IMG/VR virus record: IMGVR_UViG_2684622775_000005
Strand: one strand, 5' to 3'
Length of the DNA: 35,878 nt
From: a virus
Lineage: Duplodnaviria > Heunggongvirae > Uroviricota > Caudoviricetes
Shown here: piece by piece, positions 8,879 through 18,633 of the stretch
How the letters are laid out: the number at the start of each line of letters is the position of its first letter
How positions within the stretch are numbered: position 1 is the first letter of the stretch
Notes under the pieces: model-generated
Databases searched by the model: none
Seen by the model: only the letters and a program-made list of their open reading frames with translations
What the model was told of the DNA's origin: nothing
Program-made: the position numbers and the translations under genes

Positions 8879-9164
8879 TTTATCCCTCTTTTTATTCTTT
8901 TTATATTTAGCCTTAAGTGTTCGAGGTTGCCTTCCTCAACGATAGAGATCTAACCTAACTTTTTGATTTATTCAAGAGAATTTAGTGAGTTATATGTAAA
9001 GATGTGGATGCTTAGCTATGTGGTTGGGGGTTATTTCAGTATGAATTCATTTGATGCATCATTTTGCATGTACCTGTTAGGCATTTTCTAACTTTGCAGT
9101 GTCAGAACTGGCGTACTTTAGGCCATTCATGCAAGTGCATTAAAACCGCCCCATTAAGCGGGCG

Positions 9165-9183
9165 GGCGAGGCGGGGAAAGCAC
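9165..9183. other. cos (cohesive-end site)
   Basis: GGCGAGGCGGGGAAAGCAC matches the recalled 19-nt P2 cohesive end; located between the cargo island and Q as in P2. Confidence 0.8.
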
Positions 9184-9321
9184 TGCGCGCTGACGGTGGT
9201 GCTGATTGTATTTTTTCAGCGTCTCAGCGCGTCGTGACGGCGCTTAGTCTGCCCGTTGAGGCGTTGTGTGTCTGCGGGGTGTTTTGTGCGGTGGTGAGCG
9301 TGTGAGGGGGATGACGGGGTG

Positions 9322-9346
9322 TAAAAAAGCCGCCCGCAGGCGGCGA
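9322..9346 (-). terminator. intrinsic terminator downstream of Q
   Basis: On the minus strand: GCCGCC-tgcg-GGCGGC stem-loop followed by TTTTTT. Confidence 0.6.
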
Positions 9347-9349
9347 TGT

Positions 9350-10384
9350 TCAGTCGTTGTCAGTGTCCAGTGAGTAGTTTTTAAAGCGGATGACCTCCTG
9401 ACCGAGCCAGCCGTTTATCTCGCGGATCCTGTCCTGTAACGGGATAAGCTCATTGCGGACAAAGACCTTTGCCACTTTCTCAATATCACCCAGCGACCCG
9501 ACGTTCTCCGGCTTGCCACCCATCAACTGAAAGGGGATGCGGTGCGCGTCCAGCAGGTCAGCGGCGCTGGCTTTTTTGATATTAAAAAAATCGTCCTTCG
9601 TCGCCACTTCACTGAGGGGGATAATTTTAATGCCGTCGGCTTTCCCCTGTGGGGCATAGAGAAACAGGTTTTTAAAGTTGTTGCGGCCTTTCGACTTGAC
9701 CATGTTTTCGCGAAGCATTTCGATATCGTTGCGATCCTGCACGGCATCGGTGACGTACATGATGTATCCGGCATGAGCGCCATTTTCGTAATACTTTCGG
9801 CGGAACAGCGTGGCCGACTCATTCAGCCAGGCAGAATTAAGGGCGCTGAGATATTCCGGCAGGCCGTACAACTCCTGATTAATATCCGGCTCCAGCAGGT
9901 GAAACACGGAGCCGGGCGTGAAGGCTGTCGGCTCGTTGAAGGACGGTACCCACCAGTAAACATCCTCCTCCACGCCACGGCGGGTATATTTTGCCGGTGA
10001 GGTTTCCAGTCTGATGACCTTACCGGTGGTGCTGTAACGCTTTTCCAGAAACGCATTACCGAACACCAGAAAATCCAGCACAAAACGGCTGAAATCCTGC
10101 TGGGAAAGCCACGGGTGCGGGATAAACGTTGAAGCCAGAATATTACGTTTGACGTAAATCGGTGAGCTGTGATGCACGGCAGCACGCAGGCTTTTTGCCA
10201 GACCGGTAAAGCTGACCGGCGGCTCATACCATCTGCCGTTACTGATGCACTCGACGTAATCCAGAATGTCACGGCGGTCGAGTACCGGCACCGGCTCGCC
10301 AAAGGTGAATGCTTCCATTTTCGGGGCGCTGGCGGTGATTGTTTTTGCCGCAGGTCGCGGTGTTTTCCCTTTTTTCTTGCTCAT
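9350..10384 (-). CDS. Q: portal protein Q (344 aa)
   Basis: Size and position match P2 Q; start overlaps the P stop. Confidence 0.95.
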   Translation of the reverse strand: MSKKKGKTPRPAAKTITASAPKMEAFTFGEPVPVLDRRDILDYVECISNGRWYEPPVSFTGLAKSLRAAVHHSSPIYVKRNILASTFIPHPWLSQQDFSRFVLDFLVFGNAFLEKRYSTTGKVIRLETSPAKYTRRGVEEDVYWWVPSFNEPTAFTPGSVFHLLEPDINQELYGLPEYLSALNSAWLNESATLFRRKYYENGAHAGYIMYVTDAVQDRNDIEMLRENMVKSKGRNNFKNLFLYAPQGKADGIKIIPLSEVATKDDFFNIKKASAADLLDAHRIPFQLMGGKPENVGSLGDIEKVAKVFVRNELIPLQDRIREINGWLGQEVIRFKNYSLDTDND

Positions 10385-12156
10385 CAGTAAAACTCCAGAA
10401 TGGTGGATGTCAGCGGAGTGCTGATACCGGCGGTGAGTGGCTCATTTAACAGGGCGTGCATGGTTGCCCAGGCGAGGTCGGCGTGGCTGGCTTCCTCGCT
10501 GCGGCTGGCCTCATAGGTGGCGCTGCGTCCGCTGCTGGTCATGGTCTTGCGGATAGCCATGAACGAGCTGGTGATGTCGGTGGCGCTGACGTCATATTCC
10601 AGACAGCCACGGCGGATAACGTCTTTTGCCTTGAGCACCATTGCGGTTTTCATTTCCGGCGTGTAGCGGATATCGCGCGCGGCGGGATAGAACGAGCGCA
10701 CGAGCTGGAACACGCCGACACCGAGGCCGGTGGCATCAATCCCGATGTATTCAACGTTATATTTTTCGGTGAGTTTGCGGATGGATTCCGCCTGGGTGGC
10801 AAAGTCCATGCCTTTCCACTGGTGACGCTCAAGTATTCTGAATTTGCCACCGGCCACCACCGGCGGTGCCAGCACCACGCATCCGGCGCTGTCGCCACGG
10901 TGTGACGGGTCGTAACCAATCCATACCGGGCGGGAGCCGAACGGATTGGCGGCAAACGGCGCATAGTCTTCCCATTCTTCCAGCGTGTCGACCATGCAGC
11001 GTTGCAGCTCCTCGAACGGGAACACCGACGCCTTGTCGTCAACAAATTCACACATGAACAGGTTTTTAAAATCGTCGGCGCTGTTTTCACGTTTGAGCTG
11101 CTCAATGTCGAACAGCGTGCAGCCACCTTTCAGGGCGTCCTCAATGGTGACAATCTGCCGCCACTGGCCGTCCGCACAGAGAAGCCCACCGGCAAGGGCG
11201 TTATGACTGACGTCGATTTCCACGCGTTCGGCGGCGCTGGCGCGTCCCCGGTTGAACAGTTCACCTGACCAGAACGGGTAGGCGTCGTGCGCCAGCGTGG
11301 ACGGGGTGGAGAAATAGGTCGAACGCAGGTGACTCTGTGAGGCCATACCTGATGCCACCTTACGCAGTACCTGAAAATTCGGGATCCAGAAAATCTCGTC
11401 GACGTACAGGTCGCCGTTATGGCTCTGTGCGGTGTTGGAGTTGGTGCCGAGAAAAATCAGTTTTGCGCCGTTATTGCCCAGGACAATCGGGTCACCGGTC
11501 AGGTCAACGTCAACCAGACGGGCAAAGGCGATGATGTATTCGCGGAACACATACGCCTGCGTTTTACTGGCCGACAGAAAAATCTGGTTATGGCCGGTTT
11601 TCAGGGCGCGCAGCAGCGCCTCGCGGGAAAAATAAAACGTTGCGCCAATCTGGCGGGATTTCAGTATATCGCGGATGCGGTGCTCAAGCCCGGCGCGATA
11701 CCAGTGCAACTGATAGTCGAAAGACTGCTCAAAGAAAATCTGCTCCAGCTTTTCGATGGCTTCGTCACTGAAAAAATTCTTTTTCGGTTTGCGACGCCCG
11801 CCTTTGTTGCGGTTAGCGACGTTCGGATTAAGGTCTGCCTCGTTGCCGGTCTGACTGTAGCGGTTGACCCGCGCCAGTCGTTCAATCTGGCGTCCCAGCA
11901 GGTCAATTTCCTTGAAGTCACCGCCGGTTTTCTGCGGTTTGATGATGAGCTGGGTCAGCCGCGCTTCCAGGCTCATTTCGACACGGCTGATGGGGGCAAC
12001 GCTGTCCCAGCCGTCGCGCTGTTTCCAGCTCTGCACCGTCGGGCGTTTCATCTGCAACATGGCGGCAATCTGCGGCACGGAAAACCCCTGCCAGTACAGC
12101 AGCGCCGCCTGCCGACGCGGGTCGTGTAAAAGAGTGGTGTCTGTGGTGATGGTCAT
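10384..12156 (-). CDS. P: terminase large subunit P (590 aa)
   Basis: ATG at 12156 gives 590 aa (MTITTD...); the ORF track extends to a TTG at 12186. Walker A-like GDPIVLGNNGAKL region. Confidence 0.9.
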   Translation of the reverse strand: MTITTDTTLLHDPRRQAALLYWQGFSVPQIAAMLQMKRPTVQSWKQRDGWDSVAPISRVEMSLEARLTQLIIKPQKTGGDFKEIDLLGRQIERLARVNRYSQTGNEADLNPNVANRNKGGRRKPKKNFFSDEAIEKLEQIFFEQSFDYQLHWYRAGLEHRIRDILKSRQIGATFYFSREALLRALKTGHNQIFLSASKTQAYVFREYIIAFARLVDVDLTGDPIVLGNNGAKLIFLGTNSNTAQSHNGDLYVDEIFWIPNFQVLRKVASGMASQSHLRSTYFSTPSTLAHDAYPFWSGELFNRGRASAAERVEIDVSHNALAGGLLCADGQWRQIVTIEDALKGGCTLFDIEQLKRENSADDFKNLFMCEFVDDKASVFPFEELQRCMVDTLEEWEDYAPFAANPFGSRPVWIGYDPSHRGDSAGCVVLAPPVVAGGKFRILERHQWKGMDFATQAESIRKLTEKYNVEYIGIDATGLGVGVFQLVRSFYPAARDIRYTPEMKTAMVLKAKDVIRRGCLEYDVSATDITSSFMAIRKTMTSSGRSATYEASRSEEASHADLAWATMHALLNEPLTAGISTPLTSTILEFY

Positions 12157-12329
12157 GAATACCTCGCCGTGATGAATACACGGCAAGGCTACTGAGTCGC
12201 GCCCCGCGATTCGCTAAGGTGCTGTTGTGTCAGTGATAAGCCATCCGGGACTGATGGCGGAGGATGCGCATCGTCGGGAAACTGATGCCGACATGTGACT
12301 CCTCTAATCACTATTCAGGACTCCTGACA

Positions 12330-13184
12330 ATGGCAAAAAAAGTCTCAAAATTCTTTCGTATCGGCGTTGAGGGTGACACCTGTGACGGGCGTGTCATCAG
12401 TGCGCAGGATATTCAGGAAATGGCCGAAACCTTTGACCCGCGTGTCTACGGTTGCCGCATTAACCTGGAACATCTGCGCGGCATCCTGCCTGACGGTATT
12501 TTTAAACGTTATGGCGATGTGGTCGAACTGAAGGCCGAAAAGATTGATGACGATTCGGCGCTGAAAGGCAAATGGGCGCTGTTTGCGAAAATCACCCCGA
12601 CCGATGACCTTATCGCGATGAACAAGGCCGCGCAGAAGGTCTACACCTCAATGGAAATTCAGCCGAACTTTGCCAACACCGGCAAATGTTATCTGGTGGG
12701 GCTGGCCGTCACCGATGACCCGGCAAGCCTCGGCACGGAATACCTGGAATTCTGCCGCACGGCAAAACACAACCCTCTGAACCGCTTCAAATTAAGCCCT
12801 GAAAACCTGATTTCAGTGGCAACGCCCGTTGAGCTGGAATTTGAAGACCTGCCTGAAACCGTGTTCACCGCCCTGACCGAAAAGGTGAAATCCATTTTTG
12901 GCCGCAAACAGGCCAGCGATGACGCCCGTCTGAATGATGTGCATGAAGCGGTGACCGCTGTTGCTGAACATGTGCAGGAAAAACTGAGCGCCACTGAGCA
13001 GCGCCTCGCTGAGATGGAAACCGCCTTTTCCGCACTTAAGCAGGAGGTGACTGACAGGGCGGATGAAACCAGCCAGGCATTCACCCGCCTGAAAAACAGT
13101 CTCGACCACACCGAAAGTCTGACCCAGCAGCGCCGCAGCAAGGCCACCGGTGGTGGCGGTGACGCCCTGATGACGAACTGCTGA
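12330..13184 (+). CDS. O: capsid scaffold protein O (284 aa)
   Basis: ATG at 12330 preceded by AGGA; 284 aa; divergent from P as in P2. Confidence 0.9.
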   Translation: MAKKVSKFFRIGVEGDTCDGRVISAQDIQEMAETFDPRVYGCRINLEHLRGILPDGIFKRYGDVVELKAEKIDDDSALKGKWALFAKITPTDDLIAMNKAAQKVYTSMEIQPNFANTGKCYLVGLAVTDDPASLGTEYLEFCRTAKHNPLNRFKLSPENLISVATPVELEFEDLPETVFTALTEKVKSIFGRKQASDDARLNDVHEAVTAVAEHVQEKLSATEQRLAEMETAFSALKQEVTDRADETSQAFTRLKNSLDHTESLTQQRRSKATGGGGDALMTNC

Positions 13185-13242
13185 CCGGCGTCAGTCAGTC
13201 CGGGAAAACCTTCACGATTAACCCTTAATTTCAGGAAAAACT

Positions 13243-14316
13243 ATGCGCCAGGAAACCCGCTTTAAATTTAATGCTTACCTGTCCCGTGTTGCCGAACTGA
13301 ACGGCATCGACGCCGGTGATGTGTCGAAAAAATTCACCGTTGAACCGTCGGTCACCCAGACCCTGATGAACACCATGCAGGAGTCCTCTGACTTTCTGAC
13401 CCGCATCAACATTGTGCCGGTCAGCGAAATGAAAGGGGAAAAAATTGGCATCGGTGTCACCGGCTCCATCGCCAGCACCACCGACACCGCCGGTGGCACC
13501 GAGCGCCAGCCGAAGGACTTCTCGAAGCTGGCGTCAAACAAGTACGAATGCGACCAGATTAACTTCGATTTTTATATCCGCTACAAAACGCTGGACCTGT
13601 GGGCGCGTTATCAGGATTTCCAGCTCCGTGTCCGTAACGCCATTATCAAACGCCAGTCCCTTGATTTCATCATGGCCGGTTTTAACGGCGTGAAGCGTGC
13701 CGAAACCTCTGACCGCAGCAGTAACCCGATGCTGCAGGATGTGGCGGTCGGCTGGCTGCAGAAATACCGCAATGAAGCCCCGGCGCGCGTGATGAGCAAG
13801 GTTACTGACGAGGAAGGTCACACGACCTCTGAGGTCATCCGCGTGGGTAAGGGCGGTGATTATGCCAGCCTCGATGCACTGGTGATGGATGCGACCAACA
13901 ACCTGATTGAGCCGTGGTATCAGGAAGACCCTGACCTTGTGGTGATTGTGGGGCGTCAGCTACTGGCGGACAAGTATTTCCCCATCGTCAACAAGGAGCA
14001 GGACAACAGCGAAATGCTGGCCGCTGACGTCATCATCAGCCAGAAACGCATCGGTAACCTGCCGGCGGTACGTGTCCCGTACTTCCCGGCGGATGCGATG
14101 CTCATCACGAAGCTGGAAAACCTGTCCATCTACTACATGGATGACAGCCATCGCCGCGTGATTGTGGAAAACCCGAAACTCGACCGCGTGGAGAACTACG
14201 AGTCAATGAACATTGATTACGTGGTGGAAGACTACGCCGCCGGTTGTCTGGTGGAAAAAATTAAGGTCGGTGATTTCTCCACACCGGCCAGGGCGACCGC
14301 AGAGCCGGGAGCGTAA
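13243..14316 (+). CDS. N: major capsid protein N (357 aa)
   Basis: Size and order. Confidence 0.95.
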   Translation: MRQETRFKFNAYLSRVAELNGIDAGDVSKKFTVEPSVTQTLMNTMQESSDFLTRINIVPVSEMKGEKIGIGVTGSIASTTDTAGGTERQPKDFSKLASNKYECDQINFDFYIRYKTLDLWARYQDFQLRVRNAIIKRQSLDFIMAGFNGVKRAETSDRSSNPMLQDVAVGWLQKYRNEAPARVMSKVTDEEGHTTSEVIRVGKGGDYASLDALVMDATNNLIEPWYQEDPDLVVIVGRQLLADKYFPIVNKEQDNSEMLAADVIISQKRIGNLPAVRVPYFPADAMLITKLENLSIYYMDDSHRRVIVENPKLDRVENYESMNIDYVVEDYAAGCLVEKIKVGDFSTPARATAEPGA

Positions 14317-14319
14317 CCG

Positions 14320-15063
14320 ATGACGAGTCCCGCACAGCGCCACATGATGCGGGTCTCGGCAGCGATGACCGCGCAGCGGGAAGCCGCCCCGCTGCGACAT
14401 GCAACTGTCTATGAGCAGATGCTGGTTAAGCTCGCCGCAGACCAGCGCACACTGAAAGCGATTTATTCAAAAGAGCTGAAGGCCGCAAAAAAACGCGAAC
14501 TGCTGCCGTTCTGGTTGCCGTGGGTGAACGGCGTGCTGGAGCAGGGCAAAGGCGCACAGGATGACATTCTGATGACGGTCATGCTGTGGCGTCTGGATAC
14601 CGGTGATATTGCCGGCGCGCTGGAGATTGCCCGTTACGCCCTGAAGTACGGTCTGACCATGCCGGGTAAACACCGCCGCACCCCGCCGTACATGTTCACC
14701 GAGGAGGTGGCGCTCGCGGCCATGCGCGCTCACGCTGCCGGTGAGTCTGTGGATCCCCGCCTGCTGACGGACACACTTGAACTGACTGCCACGGCAGACA
14801 TGCCTGATGAAGTGCGCGCAAAGCTGCACAAAATCACCGGTCTGTTTCTGCGTGACGCTGGTGATGCCGCAGGGGCGCTGGCGCACCTGCAACGTGCGAC
14901 ACAGCTCGACTGTCAGGCAGGTGTCAAAAAAGAGATTGAACGACTGGAGCGGGAGCTGAAACCGAAGCCGGAGCCGCAGCCAAAAGCGGCCACCCGTACC
15001 CCGCGTAAGACCCGGAGCGTGACACCGGCAAAACGTGGACGCCCGAAAAAGAAAGCCAGTTAA
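14320..15063 (+). CDS. M: terminase small subunit M (247 aa)
   Basis: Size and order; basic C-terminal tail. Confidence 0.9.
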   Translation: MTSPAQRHMMRVSAAMTAQREAAPLRHATVYEQMLVKLAADQRTLKAIYSKELKAAKKRELLPFWLPWVNGVLEQGKGAQDDILMTVMLWRLDTGDIAGALEIARYALKYGLTMPGKHRRTPPYMFTEEVALAAMRAHAAGESVDPRLLTDTLELTATADMPDEVRAKLHKITGLFLRDAGDAAGALAHLQRATQLDCQAGVKKEIERLERELKPKPEPQPKAATRTPRKTRSVTPAKRGRPKKKAS

Positions 15064-15162
15064 CAACCGAATGCGCCCCGCGCCAGGGCGGCACGCCGGT
15101 CAGTGAGGGTGAATCACCTGACACTGCACCGGCGTCCACCGCCCGACTTTTCAGAGGTAGTC

Positions 15163-15672
15163 ATGATGACGCTGATTATTCCGCGAAAGGAGGCTCCCGT
15201 GTCCGGTGAGGGTACGGTGGTCATCCCGCAACCGGCAGGCGACGAGCCGGTGATTAAAAACACGTTCTTTTTCCCCGATATCGACCCGAAGCGCGTCCGG
15301 GAACGTATGCGCCTTGAGCAGACCGTCGCCCCCGCTCGTCTGCGTGAGGCCATCAAGTCAGGCATGGCGGAGACGAATGCGGAGCTGTACGAGTACCGCG
15401 AACAGAAAATTGCCGCCGGTTTTACGCGTCTGGCGGACGTCCCGGCGGACGATATCGACGGTGAAAGCATCAAAGTTTTTTACTACGAGCGCGCCGTGTG
15501 TGCGATGGCGACCGCGTCGCTTTATGAGCGTTATCGCGGCGTGGATGCCAGTGCGAAAGGCGACAAGAAGGCTGACAGCATTGACAGCACCATTGATGAG
15601 CTGTGGCGGGATATGCGCTGGGCGGTGGCGCGTATCCAGGACAAGCCGCGCTGCATCGTGAGTCAAATCTGA
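15163..15672 (+). CDS. L: head completion protein L (169 aa)
   Basis: ATG at 15163 preceded by GAGGT; the ORF track begins at an upstream GTG (15103). Confidence 0.85.
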   Translation: MMTLIIPRKEAPVSGEGTVVIPQPAGDEPVIKNTFFFPDIDPKRVRERMRLEQTVAPARLREAIKSGMAETNAELYEYREQKIAAGFTRLADVPADDIDGESIKVFYYERAVCAMATASLYERYRGVDASAKGDKKADSIDSTIDELWRDMRWAVARIQDKPRCIVSQI

Positions 15673-15875
15673 TGAAGACCTTTGCGCTACAGGGCGACAC
15701 GCTCGACGCCATTTGTGTCCGGTATTACGGGCGCACTGAGGGCGTGGTCGAAGCCGTGCTCGCCGCAAATCCGGGACTGGCTGAACTGGGTGCGGTGCTG
15801 CCACACGGCACCGCCGTCGAACTGCCCGACGTTCAGACCGCGCCCGTGGCTGAAACTGTCAATCTGTGGGAGTAA
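15672..15875 (+). CDS. X: tail protein X (LysM-like, 67 aa)
   Basis: 67 aa, order. Confidence 0.85.
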   Translation: MKTFALQGDTLDAICVRYYGRTEGVVEAVLAANPGLAELGAVLPHGTAVELPDVQTAPVAETVNLWE

Positions 15876-15878
15876 CGC

Positions 15879-16160
15879 ATGACAGCAGAAGAAAAAAGCG
15901 TCCTGTCGCTTTTCATGATTGGGGTGCTGATTGTTGTCGGCAAGGTGCTTGCCGGTGGTGAACCCATCCCCCCGCGTCTGTTTATCGGACGCATGTTGCT
16001 CGGTGGTTTTGTCTCGATGGTTGCCGGTGTTGTTCTGGTGCAGTTTCCTGACCTGTCACTGCCTGCGGTGTGCGGCATCGGCTCCATGCTGGGTATCGCC
16101 GGTTATCAGGTGATTGAGATTGCCATTCAGCGTCGCTTTAAGGGCAGGGGGAAACAGTAA
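15879..16160 (+). CDS. Y: holin Y (93 aa)
   Basis: Hydrophobic segments (VLSLFMIGVLIVVGKVLAGG..., FVSMVAGVVLV), immediately upstream of the endolysin gene. Confidence 0.85.
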   Translation: MTAEEKSVLSLFMIGVLIVVGKVLAGGEPIPPRLFIGRMLLGGFVSMVAGVVLVQFPDLSLPAVCGIGSMLGIAGYQVIEIAIQRRFKGRGKQ

Positions 16161-16657
16161 TGCCGGTAATTAACACGCATCAGAATATCGCCGCCTTTCT
16201 CGACATGCTGGCGGTATCCGAAGGGACGGCGAATCATCCGCTGACGAAAAACCGTGGCTATGACGTGATAGTCACCGGACTGGACGGGAAGCCGGAAATT
16301 TTCACCGACTACAGTGACCACCCGTTCGCACATGGCCGACCGGCGAAGGTGTTTAACCGTCGCGGTGAAAAATCCACGGCCTCCGGTCGCTATCAGCAGC
16401 TTTACCTGTTCTGGCCGCATTACCGCAAACAGCTTGCCCTGCCGGATTTCAGTCCGTTGTCACAGGACAGACTCGCCATTCAGTTGATCCGCGAACGCGG
16501 TGCACTGGATGACATCCGGGCGGGACGCATTGAGCGCGCCATTTCACGCTGTCGCAATATCTGGGCGTCCCTGCCGGGTGCCGGTTACGGTCAGCGTGAG
16601 CATTCACTGGAAAAACTGGTCACCGTCTGGCGTACCGCTGGCGGCGTACCGGCTTAA
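16160..16657 (+). CDS. K: endolysin K (lysozyme-like, 165 aa)
   Basis: 165 aa; conserved EG(T/S) lysozyme motif region (LAVSEGTANHP); position after the holin. Confidence 0.9.
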   Translation: MPVINTHQNIAAFLDMLAVSEGTANHPLTKNRGYDVIVTGLDGKPEIFTDYSDHPFAHGRPAKVFNRRGEKSTASGRYQQLYLFWPHYRKQLALPDFSPLSQDRLAIQLIRERGALDDIRAGRIERAISRCRNIWASLPGAGYGQREHSLEKLVTVWRTAGGVPA

Positions 16658-16671
16658 ACGGAGTAAACACC

Positions 16672-17097
16672 ATGAAGAAATTATCCCTTTCACTGATGCT
16701 GCACGTGTCGCTGGCGCTGATGCTGGCACTGTCCCTGATTTACCCGCAGAGCGTGGCCGTCAGTTTTGTCGCCACCTGGGCGATTCTGGCGACGGTTATC
16801 TGTGTGGTTGCCGGTGGTGTCGGGGTGTATGCCACTGAGTATGTACTGGAACGCTACGGACGGGAGCTGCCGCCGGAATCGCTGGCCGTGAAGATTGTCA
16901 CGTCGCTGTTTTTGCAGCCGGTGCCGTGGTGCAGACGGGCAGTGGCTCTGGTGGCGATGGTGGCGACATTTATCTCGCTGGTCGCCGCCGGATGGATTTT
17001 TACCGCGCTGATTTATCTTGTGGCGTCGCTGTTTTTCCGGCTGATACGTAAAGCCTGTCGTCAGCGTCTTGAGGGGCGGGAATTATGTCAAAGCTGA
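16672..17097 (+). CDS. lysA: LysA (membrane lysis accessory protein, 141 aa)
   Basis: Multiple transmembrane segments; order. Confidence 0.8.
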   Translation: MKKLSLSLMLHVSLALMLALSLIYPQSVAVSFVATWAILATVICVVAGGVGVYATEYVLERYGRELPPESLAVKIVTSLFLQPVPWCRRAVALVAMVATFISLVAAGWIFTALIYLVASLFFRLIRKACRQRLEGRELCQS

Positions 17098-17510
17098 TGA
17101 TTGTGCTGGTCGTGTTGTTATCGCTGGCGGTGGCGGGGCTGTTTCTGGCGAAGCATGAAAACGCCAGCCTGCGCGCCTCGCTGGACAGGGCGAACAACGT
17201 CGCCAGCGGGCAGCAGACGACCATCACCATGCTGAAAAATCAGCTTCATGTTGCCCTCACCAGAGCAGACAAAAACGAGCTGGCGCAGGTGGTACTGCGT
17301 CAGGAACTGGAGAACGCCGCGAAGCGTGAAGCACAGCGCGAGAAAACCATCACGAGGTTACTTAATGAAAACGAAGATTTTCGCCGCTGGTACGGCGCTG
17401 ACCTGCCTGATGCTGTGCGCCGGTTGCACCAGCGCCCGGCCTGCACCGACGCCAGTGATTGTCGCCAACGCCTGCCCGAAAGTGAGCCTTTGCCCGATGC
17501 CGGGCAGTGA
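17085..17510 (+). CDS. lysB: LysB (Rz-like spanin component, 141 aa)
   Basis: N-terminal TM anchor followed by coiled-coil-like region; order. Confidence 0.8.
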   Translation: MSKLMIVLVVLLSLAVAGLFLAKHENASLRASLDRANNVASGQQTTITMLKNQLHVALTRADKNELAQVVLRQELENAAKREAQREKTITRLLNENEDFRRWYGADLPDAVRRLHQRPACTDASDCRQRLPESEPLPDAGQ

Positions 17511-17655
17511 CCCGCAGACGAACGGCGATTTAAGTGCCGATATCCGGCAGCTTGAGAACGCGCTGGCACGCTGTGCCAGCCAGGTAAAAATGATTAAACA
17601 CTGTCAGGACGAAAACGATGCTCAAACCCGACAGCCTGCGCAGGGCGCTGACTGA
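17365..17655 (+). CDS. lysC: LysC (Rz1-like lipoprotein, 96 aa) in an alternative frame overlapping lysB
   Basis: Internal ATG at 17365 within tracked ORF 17248-17655; product begins MKTKIFAAGTALTCLMLCAGC (signal peptide plus lipobox); overlaps the 3' part of lysB in a different frame. Confidence 0.7.
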   Translation: MKTKIFAAGTALTCLMLCAGCTSARPAPTPVIVANACPKVSLCPMPGSDPQTNGDLSADIRQLENALARCASQVKMIKHCQDENDAQTRQPAQGAD

Positions 17656-18085
17656 TGCCGTCACGGTGCTGAAAACCAGTCCCGAGATGCTGCGGATATT
17701 CGTGGATAACGGGAGTATTGCCTCCACACTGGCGACGTCGTTGTCATTCGAAAAGCGTTACACGCTCAATGTGATTGTGACCGACTTTACCGGTGATTTT
17801 GACCTGCTCATTGTGCCGGTGCTGGCGTGGCTGCGGGAAAATCAGCCCGACATCATGACCACCGACGCAGGCCAGAAAAAGGGCTTCACGTTTTATGCAG
17901 ACATCAACAATGACAGCAGCTTTGATATCAGCATCAGCCTGATGCTGACCGAGCGCACGCTGGTCAGTGAGGTGGACGGCGCGCTGCATGTGAAGAATAT
18001 CCCGGAACCCCCGCCGCCGGAGCCGGTCACCCGCCCGATGGAGCTTTATATCAATGGCGAACTGGTGAGCAAGTGGGATGAATGA
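17618..18085 (+). CDS. R: tail completion protein R (155 aa)
   Basis: Size and order. Confidence 0.85.
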   Translation: MLKPDSLRRALTDAVTVLKTSPEMLRIFVDNGSIASTLATSLSFEKRYTLNVIVTDFTGDFDLLIVPVLAWLRENQPDIMTTDAGQKKGFTFYADINNDSSFDISISLMLTERTLVSEVDGALHVKNIPEPPPPEPVTRPMELYINGELVSKWDE

Positions 18086-18530
18086 GTTTAAGCGTTTTGA
18101 AGACCGGCTGACCGGACTGATTGAGTCGCTGTCACCGTCAGGGCGTCGGCGACTGAGTGCAGAACTGGCGAAACGTCTGCGGCAGAGTCAGCAGCGCCGG
18201 GTGATGGCACAGAAAGCCCCGGATGGCACACCCTATGCGCCACGCCAGCAGCAGAGCGCCAGAAAAAAGACCGGTCGCGTTAAGCGAAAAATGTTTGCGA
18301 AACTTATCACCAGTCGTTTTTTGCATATCCGCGCCAGCCCGGAACAGGCAGCAATGGAATTTTACGGCGGGAAGTCACCGAAAATCGCCAGTGTGCATCA
18401 GTTTGGTCTGTCGGAAGAAACCCGGAAAGACGGTAAGAAAATTGATTATCCGGCGCGTCCTCTGCTCGGCTTTACCGGTGAGGATGTGCAGATGATTGAA
18501 GAGATTATTCTGGCTCACCTGAATCGCTAG
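18078..18530 (+). CDS. S: tail completion protein S (150 aa)
   Basis: Size and order. Confidence 0.85.
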   Translation: MNEFKRFEDRLTGLIESLSPSGRRRLSAELAKRLRQSQQRRVMAQKAPDGTPYAPRQQQSARKKTGRVKRKMFAKLITSRFLHIRASPEQAAMEFYGGKSPKIASVHQFGLSEETRKDGKKIDYPARPLLGFTGEDVQMIEEIILAHLNR

Positions 18531-18606
18531 CTTTATTGATCTGAGAATATAAGAATGAAATTATTTGATTTAGTATGATTTATTTTGAATCTTTACGTTA
18601 ATAAAT

Positions 18607-18630
18607 AAAAGGCCAGTTATTGGCCTTTTA
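18607..18630. terminator. bidirectional intrinsic terminator between S and the convergent cargo gene
   Basis: AAAAGGCCA-gttat-TGGCCTTTT: stem-loop with A-tract on one side and T-tract on the other. Confidence 0.6.
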
Positions 18631-18633
18631 TCA

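Noticed and set aside
11419-12129. 236-aa plus-strand ORF, plus other tracked ORFs between 10456 and 12181
   Set aside because: They lie antisense or out of frame inside the terminase gene P; long open frames are common on the opposite strand of GC-rich coding DNA and nothing else supports them.
12157-12186. N-terminal extension of P in the ORF track (TTG start, 600 aa)
   Set aside because: The in-frame ATG at 12156 gives the 590-aa length expected for the P2 terminase; the extension arises from an alternative start codon.
14467-15066. 199-aa minus-strand ORF
   Set aside because: Antisense inside terminase small subunit gene M.
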